NCBI GenBank assembly: GCA_030167865.1
Contig: JALAGF010000535.1
Span: 1-43,307, forward strand
DNA: 43,307 bases
DNA from: Craspedostauros australis
Lineage: Eukaryota
Reading direction: 5' to 3'
Notes under the pieces: generated by a model
Database searches by the model: none
Told to the model about the DNA's origin: nothing
The model's input: the letters and a program-made list of their open reading frames with translations, nothing else
Translations under genes and position numbers: made by a program
Shown here: in pieces, positions 1-10,590 of the stretch
How positions within the stretch are numbered: the first letter of the stretch is position 1
How the letters are laid out: the number at the start of each line of letters is the position of its first letter

Positions 1-730
1 CATGCAATGAACGTATGTATACGAAGAACTGTGATGAGATGCAAGTGGCTCAATGCATCCAGGAGAAGCATTGAGCCATAGTAAGCAGGAGGGCATGCCA
101 GGACATTGAGAAATCGGAAAAAACGATATGAGGGGGGGAAAAAGTGAGCGCGAACAAATAGTTTTAGTCGAGGTGGTCGAAGAAAATGCCATCGCGATAA
201 AACGTCGCGTTGCTTGATTTTGGTCTGAGGAGACCAATTTTGGCACCCCTCGAATCCGCTTGGTCTCCTGAGACAATTTTGGACTTTTATCGTGGACGAA
301 TTTCCTCATGGATATCACATACACATACTCATACTCTCATAGTACTGTAGCAGACAAACGACAGGAGTCTCCAGAGATTGCTCCAAGCTCGCAGCTAGTG
401 AACTATTATAACTAATATGATGATCCTTTACTATAATAAATGAATACTGGGGAACATACCTACTCAGCGCATACGTACTTGTGAACGACTTGTCTTGTGC
501 TGTGTAGGTTTGAGGTTTCAGAGGCCACTGTGAAGAAGAACCTTGTGAGTCTGTTGTTGTTGCTGATGTTGCGATGGTTGGATGATGATTGCAGAGGTCG
601 CTCGCGTGTTCGACGGAGTTCGAGGAGATCGATTGACTTCCTGTCAAGAAATCCAATGATCCATGGAACGTGTGGCGTCCATTCCATCGCAGTTCATTCC
701 ATTCATGTCGGACTTTCTACCACCGGGCCT

Positions 731-768
731 GTGTGTGAGTGTGTGTGTTTGCGTGCGTGCGTGCGTGC
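731..768. repeat. (GT)n/(GCGT)n microsatellite just downstream of the metacaspase stop
   Basis: gtgtgtgagtgtgtgtgtttgcgtgcgtgcgtgcgtgc. Confidence 0.8.
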
Positions 769-783
769 ATGCCAGGGCATGTT

Positions 784-3604
784 TCATACACGTCCACGGC
801 GTCTTCTGCTGCGGCCTCGTCCGCCTCTGTGCGATTCGTATCCATCGTCTGTGGCGCTGTCGTACGTGGTGGAGTCGCCGATCGTCTGGCTGCAGTAGCT
901 GCGATCCTCCTTGGTTTGATACGTCTCGTCGTCGGAGTAGGGATCATCCGTGTGCGCGTAGGTGCAGTTCATGACCTGTTCCAGCAGGGATGTCGTCGTC
1001 GTCGCGGCAGTTCTCGCATTCATCGCCCGCAGACCCCTGCCTTTCCCGCCCTTGCCGCTGGTCGATGTGCAGGCTGCGAGGACATCGATAAGCGTGCTCT
1101 GGGCATCATTGTCCTCCACCTTCTTTTCGTCTGTGATCACGGTGCCAACGACGATGGACTCATCCTTCATGCCTCGTCTGGGAGACTTCTTCTCTTCTTC
1201 AATGAACATCTGCGGCGGTTGGTAGTTCAAGGCGGAACCGACGGTCTTACCAAGTTGTGTGAATGTGGAGGATTCATACAGCGTCCTGACGACCTTCAGG
1301 AATCGAACGAAACTGAAGTCATCGTTGTGCGTCATCTGTTTGGTATGTATGGTTGTGAATGTTGTTGTTGGTGGCGTTGGAATTGAAGGAATGAATGGCC
1401 GAATGAATGGATAACGTTAGAAAATATGACATTGCGCAATTCTTGCAAATTGCATCGTGCACAAGCAAAACGCACGCAGTACGGTGGTGCATGCACGTGA
1501 ACAGAAATGATGACACAAAAACGAATGACGCACCTTGGCAGGAAGATCGGATCTGTCGTGGCGGGTGGACCACGCGTATGGCAAGTCGAGCACCATGCCC
1601 GTGTCGCAGCAATCGATGAGGATGGTGACAGTGACACCGTATCGCATGGGTGCGAGGAGGGTCTTGAAGATGAGGGTGTCACGGATGAGACCGCTGGTGG
1701 CGTAGTCATTTGGGGCGATGACCTCGTCGTAGCTCTCGGCCTCGGCGTCGATGGGGGAATCGAGGATGCGTCCGCCGTGTCCAGAGAATTGGACGAAGAC
1801 CGCGTCACCTGGCTGGCTCTCCTCTGACAGTTTCTTGAATGCCTCCGTGATATTCCAGTGCGTGGGGTGCTTGTGGGACTCATCGTCGATCAGGATGGTC
1901 ATCAGATCGCTGTCCTCCTTGAATCCATGCACATTGACGATATAGTCCTGTCGTTGTTGTTGTTTGTGTTGGCGGGTGGGCGTGTGGGTGCGTGGTTGAT
2001 GCATGAGATGTTGTTAGGATGGATCGAGACGGATGGAGGCACACGCCACAGTCCATATAAATTGAAATTCAAAATTGACATCAACGGCATCAACAACACA
2101 CGCAATGACGCCCATGCCAAATAGCGCACAAGTATGCAAGTAGACCACATTGCACATACCTTCATGGAACGAACGTCATCGTGGCTGGCCTTGAGATCCG
2201 CACCGGGGATGTTGATGTAATTGCAGCCAATGAGGAGGGCCCTCTTCTTGCCTGTGGTCTTGTTGAATGTTTCTGGAACGAGCGAGAATGGCTTGTGGAG
2301 GTCCATCTTGCGCGTCGTCGTGACGGTGGGCGCCTGGGCGTATTCGATGTCCCGGATCTCCGCCTTCATTTTTCTGAGGAGATCGGCCCATGACATGGTG
2401 GAGGGATTGTTGTGATCGTTGAAGTCTAACGAGGCGTAGGTGCTCTGTCGGTTGAGGTCGATCTGTCCGCTGAGGTCGTTGATTTCGGATTCGTCCTCGT
2501 CGTCATCGAAGAGGGCGTCGGAGGTGACCATCTCGCGTGCGACGTCGGTTGCCACGTTGGCGGCGTCGTACAGCACCTTGAGCATGGCGTTGCTGCAGGC
2601 TCCACCGTACGATCGGCCTGTAGTTGGTCGCATGAGCGGTGATGGGAAGGAGAATGAGTGAGAAGTGGAAGGGACGGCTGTATTGTATGAGCGAATGAAT
2701 GTATTCTGACATGGCAGATGGTGGGTTTTGGGAGAAGTCCAAAAAGACACAATAGACAACACATCGCACATTCCCACAATATAATGCACATTGTGCATTA
2801 CACAACACGTTGAACATTCCCACAATATTCTCCCACACAATACATCACATCATATCACATCGATGTGCACGCACCAGGTTCCTGGGCACCGTCGGAAGCA
2901 TTGTACTCATCGCTGGTGGGCAGATCCCACACTCTGCCGTACTTGGTGAAGTTGCCCCCGATGACACGCACATCGGCCGGCACGAAGGCAGCGCTCTTGC
3001 GTGCGTACTCGTCGGACGTGAGCGTGGAGACGATCTTCTCGATCTCCGGGTCGTCGCGACGCGTGAGGGGCAGGTTGTCTGAGTTGTTGGCCACAACCTG
3101 GAGGTAGGCCATGAGGTCGGCCATGGCGAGGTTGACGTGGACCTGGTCGTCGTTGATCTGCCGTGCGGAGGCCATGGTTGATGTTGAGCTGGGGGGCTTG
3201 GCGTCGTTGGTGCTGCGGCTGCGGGCCAGCTGGCGATCGACGCGGCTTTGAGCGGAGTGGAACGCCGGGTTGGCCTTGGGAGTGGCGAGGTCCGAATCGT
3301 GGCTTCTCAGTGGGCTGTCCAGTGATTTGACCATGTTGATGTTGTTGATGTTGTCGATGTTGACGTTGGTGGGACGCGGCTCTTCTTTGTATTGGTCCGG
3401 TGTGAGGATGCGCAGCTTGTCGGCGCTTTTGCTGCTGCTCCTGCTGCTGCTTCTCCTGTTGGCTCTGCTGTTGGTGCTGTCTCTGCTCCTGCTTCTGCTT
3501 CTGCCTCTGTTGTTGCTTCTGTTGCGGTTGCTGATGCGGTTGCTGATGCGGTTGCTGGTTCGGTTGTCGTTGTCTTGTGAATCCTTGGAAGGCAATGTTC
3601 CCAT
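784..3604 (-). CDS. Type III metacaspase-like protein (p10 before p20), ~717 aa, 4 exons: 3604-2875, 2617-2160, 1947-1534, 1335-784
   Basis: GT-AG introns join four ORF pieces in frame. p10-like motifs (PADVRVIG, GGACSNAMLKVLY, SWADLLRKMK...YAQAPTVTTTRKMDLHKPF) come before p20 motifs (KKRALLIGCNY, LKASHDD, PGDAVFVQFSGHG, YDEVIAPNDY, LIDCCDTGMVLDLPY). Start is the first in-frame ATG after an upstream stop. Confidence 0.9.
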
Positions 3605-4022
3605 GATTGTGGGGACGGGTACCACTGACTTTTCGAGCTGCTGTGGTGGCGCTGTGGTGCTCGTTGTTGTCGTTGCTACCGTTGCTGTTGATGCTGTGGA
3701 TGCTGACGACAGAGTATCAGGTGGGACGGGTGGAGTGGAACAGACCAACACCCTTCGGGCAGTTCAGCAAGGACGGTTCGTCTCCCGGCAATGCGGTCTG
3801 TGGTGACCGATGAGAAGGAACGGAGAGTCGGAATCACTCGCCAATTTAGTCGTCTCTCTTTCGTCGAACCTCTCGTTGGCTTGTGTGTTGCTTGCGTTGC
3901 CTGCGCTGACCTGTGCGTTCCTTGTGTGTGCTGCTTCTGTAAATCAGGCTTGGCCTGCCGGTGCAATTATTGGAGATCTATGTACGCGTGCTGCTTGTCA
4001 GACTCATCCGCGTCTTTCCTCC

Positions 4023-4062
4023 AATTCTTGCTGATGCTTGCTAATTCTTGCTGATGCTTGCT
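4023..4062. repeat. Perfect 20-bp tandem duplication
   Basis: aattcttgctgatgcttgct twice in tandem, upstream of the metacaspase gene. Confidence 0.85.
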
Positions 4063-5227
4063 TTGTTGTCTCTCACTTTCCGTTCTGCCCTTCGTGTGGA
4101 TGACAAATGATGATGAATGCAGAGGCAGGACAGCCGATGCAGATCAATGCTGATGAATGAGGGAAAGAGTCTCGGAAGCCCCTCCAATGATGAAACCTCA
4201 CAAGTTCCTCTTGCTTTGGTTTCTTTCGCTCTTGGTTGTCTTGCTCTCGCTCTTCTTCAATTCAATGAAGAAACTGACGCGCTTTCTCAACACAGCCACA
4301 GTGTTCGTTCAGTGTGCTTTGGTTTGGCTTCGATGTGGCTTCGCTGTTGTTGTAATGATCAATGGGCAAGCCGAAGATCAAGCTCAATGAGGACGTCAGG
4401 CTCAATGCCAACAGGGTATAAGTAGTCCTCGCACAGTCCAACGAGATTTACCCCACGCTTCTCTCTGCTCTGCTTCTCTCCGTACTCGTTGCGTCGTGCA
4501 GAGTTTGCCACCATACACCACGACAACTCGCGCCACTGCGCCCAACTCCACGCACATTGGCGCGCGCAACTCCTGATGTGTGTTGTTCCGTCGTGTGGGA
4601 AAGCACCGCCAACAACAGCGACGCCATTTCTCTGTGTGTTCACGCCAAGAACGGCTGGCGACCTTCGATGCGGTTTTTTTGGTTCTTTACGGTCAATTCG
4701 TACCATTCAACACATACAGACATGAATAATGTATTTATGCAAATGTCCAATGAAAACCTGCTCTTTCGCACAGCCTCGTTTCGCTCATCGCTGTTTGGCG
4801 TTGCGTCACGGTCGGGCGGACAGACCAACGTTCTTTCATATCCTTCCTCTTCCTTTTCGTTCTGCACACGCGTTCGGCGCGAGATCCAATCTGTCGTGTC
4901 GTCTTGACACATGGAACAAGGCTACGGGTATAGCGGTGCTGTCTCCAATAGCCTCCGAAGGCTTCTTTGGAAGCAGAGTGCAACAACTCCAATCAACGGT
5001 GCTCGTCTCACCGCTCCATCTGCTTCGGTCGTCTCGTAAAAGGGATCGGCAAGTTGATGCCAATGGCAATCCGATCCTCTGCGGACTGACGTGACGCACA
5101 ATTTACGGCTGTTCCATGTGTCTGTTGGACAAATTTGGTGTCGGAGCGAGAAAATTTCGCGATGGCTCGATTTATCCCAACCATTGATAGGCCAAAGTTT
5201 GGGGCTGCTGCGCAACAAACGAAGGTA

Positions 5228-5300
5228 ACCCGGTTAGCTCAGTCGGCAGAGCGCTCGGCTTTTAACCGTGTGGTCGTGGGTTCGATCCCCACATCGGGTG
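5228..5300 (+). tRNA. tRNA-Lys, anticodon UUU, 73 nt, no intron
   Basis: Acceptor stem ACCCGGT/ATCGGGT plus discriminator G; D arm GCTC-AGTCGGCA-GAGC; anticodon loop CT-TTT-AA; T arm GTGGG-TTCGATC-CCCAC. Confidence 0.97.
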
Positions 5301-5311
5301 TGTTTTGTTTT
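5301..5311 (+). terminator. Probable Pol III oligo-T terminator of tRNA-Lys
   Basis: Two T4 runs (tgttttgtttt) immediately 3' of the tRNA. Confidence 0.6.
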
Positions 5312-5562
5312 GGTCGGAGACCGTTGCGAAAGGCTGCATCCATTGTTTTGCTCCTCCGATGATGCTCATGCAACGGTTCGTATGTCAGTAAGCCTGTATG
5401 GCATACGACTAGGTCGTCCCATGTAATCATCGCCATCACTTGGCGGATCTCTACGCTCGCTATCTTACTTGATGTGTTTGCATGTGAAGAACGCAAGTTG
5501 TCTCTCTGCACTCGAGACCTGCTTCTCGCCGCGCATTTCATCGTATCGCATCGCCATTCGAT

Positions 5563-7363
5563 CTACGGCTGTCCAACTGGACTACGGGTACTCTGGTTCA
5601 TGGATTCCGAAGATGCTGTGCTAACCGCTTGAGGCGATTCCATCACCATCGTTTCTGTGCCGGCCTCCACATTGCTGTTGCTGCTGCTGCTGCCAGCCTC
5701 GTCGAGATCACCAAGGAGCGGCAGTGGCCTGCCCTCCTGTTTGCCTCCACCATTCGGCCAAAAGCATGCGTAGCCCAGCTGCGCCATTCCAGCAGGTCGC
5801 GACATTCTGTTTTCCGCATTCATCGTTGACGATGCTGTCGTCGCCAAATGATCGCCGCTCACAGCGCCATCACCGTTGCCACCGTCGTCCATATGAGACC
5901 ACCTCCCGCCGTGCAGATCCTGCTCATGCTTGCTCACATTCTCATTGATCTTGTGAAACAGCTTGAACGGTTCGATCGGTGCCAGCGCATTCACGGCCGT
6001 TTTCAATGCCCATCGCGGCACGTTTCCGCCGGGATTGGCATGCGCCACCAACGATATCTGCGTCTTGGTCGGATCCGTCGGATGCCGGGCGATGAGATTG
6101 ATGCCGCGCAGCGCGTATGCTCTGCAGGCCTTGTCATCGCCTTCCTTGTCGCTTCCGGGAAGATCCGGGTGGTCGCAGGCTTGATTGACGATGACCTGCG
6201 TGCCATCCTTCATCCAACGGTGATGACAGTACGTGACGAAATCCCGCGGTTTCAAGAACAGAATCTGCGGCGATTGACTCCAGCACACCTTGGAATCGGG
6301 CGAAATGTCCTCCACGTCTTTGAATTTTTCGACCAGATCGTTGTATTCCGGGTACGCCGCCTCTTGCGACAGATACGAGCAAACATCCTCCAGCGGCGCG
6401 TCTATCGTCGAGAAGCATTTGATGCAGGGATACTCCGTGTTGTCGTTGCTATCCGCAAACTCCTCTCTCGAATCTTTCATCCACTGCGAGACGATGGGAA
6501 ATGGCAAATAGAGCGGAGGAGAGTCAAGTAGAGGAAACAAGAAGGCGAATAGACAAAATGAGAAAATACCAACCTTACAAGTACCACAACAGTGTACTCG
6601 TTGTAGATAGGAGCAGCAAGCATCGAATGAAGCTTGGAGGATGCAAATCCATCCATCCATGTATCCTTCCAGCCATTCATCCATCGCATTATGGGTACAT
6701 CCACCCATCCATCAATCACACGCACATCCACCTTGCCCAACCATTTCGACACCAAAATGCCACACGTATTGGTAATAGAATATGATACGCGTGCTTCGTT
6801 CGCTGTCGATCGTGACATGCAAGCACTGGAGGAGTACCATGGAATACCGAACCCATTTTTCGACATCAATCTCATCTCACCTTCATGTAGGCTCTCGTAC
6901 GACCCGATTTATTGAACGCCCCTCGCATCATCTTGTTGCACGAAACCTCCTCCCAACCATCCGTCTCGGCCAATACCTTGGCACCCCACGCCTCGATTTT
7001 GGTTCGGACCAGTTCAAACTCTCTCTTCTGCTGCGCGGTGTAGGCTTGCTTCGGAGTCGTCGTCGCCATTTCATTGGAATCGGTCAGCAGCTTGCTACTT
7101 TGTGGAACCGTGTTCTGTTTCAGATAATCCATGTCACGTTGCAATTGCTCCATCTCCGTTCGCAAGCTCCTCAATTCTTGCAGCGCTTCGGTCATGGAGT
7201 CCGAGATGGAAGGCCGTCGTCGCCGGAATGGACGGGATGGTGCAGCATTGTTGGATTGCGTAGGAGCCGTGGGGGACAGGTACTCTTCTGGTATGCCGTA
7301 GTACGCGCCATTTCCATTCAGAAATCCCAATCCCATGGCCATTCCTTTCATTGGACCGATCAT
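5563..7363 (-). CDS. START/SRPBCC lipid-binding domain protein with N-terminal coiled coil, ~467 aa; exons 7363(?)-6881 and 6483-5563; 5' end uncertain
   Basis: AAG|GTGAGA...CGCAG|TGG joins the two ORFs in frame. START-like motifs: DGWEEV, YPEYNDLV, LKPRDFVTY, QACDHPDLP, HANPGGNVPRW. Heptad segment MTEALQELRSLRTEMEQLQRDMDYLK. Confidence 0.85.
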
Positions 7364-8369
7364 CGTGTTCGTCTCTTTCTCTTCGGCTGTACTTGAAGTT
7401 GTGCTGGTACTTGTCCTTCGTCTTTGGCAGCTGATGCCCTCTTCGTGCTCTTGTCTTCGTGGCGCCTTGCTTGCTTGGTTCCTGCTTGGTTTCAATGAGT
7501 GTGACGGTGCTTTGCTGTTCGACGGCTTCGAGAGGGTGGTGGTCCTCCAAATTTGCTTTGCTCAAGTGCGACCTAATGTGAGTCGTTGTTGTCTCAATGG
7601 CTCGGATGGTACGAATACAGTCATCACCGTCATCGACATCGACATCGACGTCGGCCTCCGTGAACATCAGTGACGATGTTCCCGCTGAAGCCGATCGTGT
7701 GGGGAAATCGTGTGGTGTGCGATTTTGTTGTCGAATTGTGGCCAAAAGCGGTTCGTTTTTGTGAGTGAAAGGTGGAAGCAGTTCTTGCAGTCAACTGGGT
7801 CGGACGGCAGAGAAAGTGAGCCTTCGGGATTTTACGGTTATTCAGACGTTAAATATCCTTGAAGAAGAAAAACAAGAACGGCGAAATTGAAAATAGAACG
7901 GAATTCTATGAATGGTATTAGAGAATAAGCATAGACTGCTCGAGGACGTGAGTGCAGGGACATCCGCATTGTGGTGTGGCAGGAGCTGATTGTCGTCTCT
8001 CCTCTGGTCAATCCCAACCAAGATCTGCATCTCATTCTCCAAACGCGGAGAGAGAGCAGCCTTCAATGGAGATGTTGGTGGCGACGGATACAACACTAAC
8101 TGGCAGAAGATGAACCGCTCAGCATTGCCTTCAATGCTTTGCAAGAAGGATGGACAGAGTACCAATAGAGTAGGATAATCAATGGTCGGTATTTGTTGAG
8201 TGCAGTATCGAGTGACGGTGGAATCGAATGGGTCAGTCTGCTGGAAATAGAGATTACCGCCCATGTGCGTATTGCGTATTGTGTGTTCTTGTGCTGGTGC
8301 TGGCTGTGTATCTGTGCTATTGTTGATGTTGGCATTGGCTTCGCCTTCCTCGAGTTGAATCTTGACGCT

Positions 8370-9883
8370 TTACAGGGTGCTGCCGACCAACTTGTACGTC
8401 TTCTTGAAATCCTCGGTGTCGATGATCAAGAAGCCTTCCACTGCGCCTGGGGTCTGCGGCTTGAACCGGACGATGAAGTTGACTGGTTGCTTGCTGAGCG
8501 ATCCCTCCTTTGGTTCGACGGTCCACTCTGCTCCGGTCTCTGGAGTGAAAGCTGCGCGGAAGTCAGCAAAGCCCATGTACTCGTTCTGACACGTGGAAGA
8601 GTACGGAGAAGAGAAATGAAAATCAAGACGTAATGTAAACACCAATAGCAAAGATCATGGTGAAGGTGAAGATGAAGGCGAACGCGAAGAGAAAGGTGAA
8701 CAACGTGTACGAGCATGGGTAGGATGGACCGATGAACGGATGGACCGAGGTGAGCAGATCATGCAGTACGAATACATGATTCGATGACAATGAATTTTCA
8801 AGAAGCAAAATCCATCTCGTGTGTGTTCGTGTTTCATGTCTGCGGTGGCGTTTTTCATTCTCATTCAACAACATCCGTTCACAAATTCAATTGACTCAGT
8901 GTGATGCTTACCACAACAGAGAACTCGTGGTAGGCCATGGGACCTCCGATTCGCTGCCGCAATTCGATGACTCCATCAACTTGGCCTGGGACGACGGCTC
9001 CGAACTCGCTTTCCATGTCGAAGTCCTGTGCCATGACGGTGCGGCAAGAGACAAGAGGATCAGAAGGACACATGCCGAATGGCAAACAAGAAACAAAGTC
9101 AAAGAATCGAACCGGAAGGATGCAACGGTGAGCACGATGGTTCGAATGGAGCAGCGCGAATGCATGATTAATGCCGCAATGTACATCACACATCGCTGTC
9201 GCAATGGCAGCAATCACACCAAACAGAGTAGTCATGCTTCAATTCTCTCCGCCACCTTTTCTTCACAGACAGTCGCGCACCATCACAAACACAGTCACAT
9301 GTTGTCGTACCTGGTTACGTTCGATTCCGAACGACTTGAGGTTTCTCCAGTTCTCATCCGCGGACGTAACCTGATCGAACTCCTCCGACATGTACCGCTG
9401 CTGCTTGCGGTTGGCCAGCACCTCTTGCTGGTTGTGCCAGTTCTCCAGCTGCTGCGCGCGCTGCGTATCCACACCCGTGCCGATGAGGCTGTCGGCATAT
9501 CCCGTGGAACGACCCCATGAATTCTTGGCGGACATGGTCTTGCTCTTGGCCATCTCCGTCATGTCAAACTTCTCGAGCTTCTTGTTGCCATCGCCGGCAA
9601 CGCCCATCTGTCCGTCTCCGCCGTCGAATTCATCGAACTCCACGTATCCCTGCCAGTTACCTGGACCGGCGCGATCGACCTGGTCCTGCGACATGTTGTT
9701 CGCCTCGCGTGAATCGCCTTCGATGTCGGGGTTGTCATCCGGCGCGCCAAGTTCCTTGGAGAGGTCATCGAGGTATCCCTTCAGCTGGGTGGCGCCGCGC
9801 GGGTGATGGGCCTGAGGTGCGAAGGCTGTCGCGCTGCCGGCGAATGCGCATGCGAGCATGGTTGTTGCGATGTGGAGCTTCAT
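8370..9883 (-). CDS. Plastid-targeted protein of unknown function, ~300 aa; exons 9883-9311, 9025-8912, 8585-8370
   Basis: Signal peptide MKLHIATTMLACAFAGSATA followed by FAP (ASAFAP-type cleavage site) and a short transit peptide. Two phase-0 GT-AG introns give one continuous frame. Confidence 0.88.
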
Positions 9884-10590
9884 GGTGGATGTTGGAAACG
9901 GTGTGTGGGAGGGTAGAGTTGTCAGTAGAGCGAGTTGCTGCTGATGCTGATGCTGATGTTGTTGCAATCGTTTCGGAGCTGAGTCTGCAACTTTGATTGC
10001 CTCAGTGATTATGTCAGCTTCTGCGGAAGCGAGATTGTGCGTGTCCTGTTGTGATCCGAACAGCCCTGCACTTGCACGAGGATACCTGCGGAGAGCGTTG
10101 ACTGGGGGTGTTCGTTTTGGTGATGGCTGGCACTCCTGTTGGTGTCACGGAGCCAAGGCGAAAAGAAGGCAAGAAGATCTTCTCTCTCTCTCTCCGCATG
10201 TTCCTCCCTTGCCTGCTGTCGCGGCTGTTCTTTCTGTCGGATACACGGATCCGCGAAGAGAACGGAAAGAATCCGAACTTGTTCGATCATGATGAATCAT
10301 GGCTGTCGAGTCTTGACGTGACTCCACCATCAAACACGATCGATCGAGTCGGCGCACCTTCGATCTTGTGAACAGAGACGCAAGTAGCGATTAGCCAGAG
10401 ACAACTCCACACCCACAGCAACCGTGCACATGAACTATGCGATGTAAATCTTGAGTACTCTATGGCTCCTGAATTGCATACATAGTCGTACCATAGTACT
10501 GGAAGAAGATATTGATCTGGTCTACACACACCTCCTCCAGAACGCCACGAGTTGCCGCGCTCAAAGTGGCCACGATCTACCATACGCGCT

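Noticed and set aside
2765-2842. Intronic acattcccacaatat repeats and a 19-bp palindrome (taatgcaca-t-tgtgcatta, 2782-2800)
   Set aside because: Short, low-complexity intron sequence; no ncRNA or element hallmarks.
3270-3806. Poly-Leu 'membrane protein' ORF
   Set aside because: Reverse complement of the Ser/Arg/Asn-rich metacaspase exon 1.
7364-7745. Upstream ORF (MFTEADVDVD...) as a possible first exon of the START gene
   Set aside because: Different frame and no convincing splice pair; left as 5' uncertainty.
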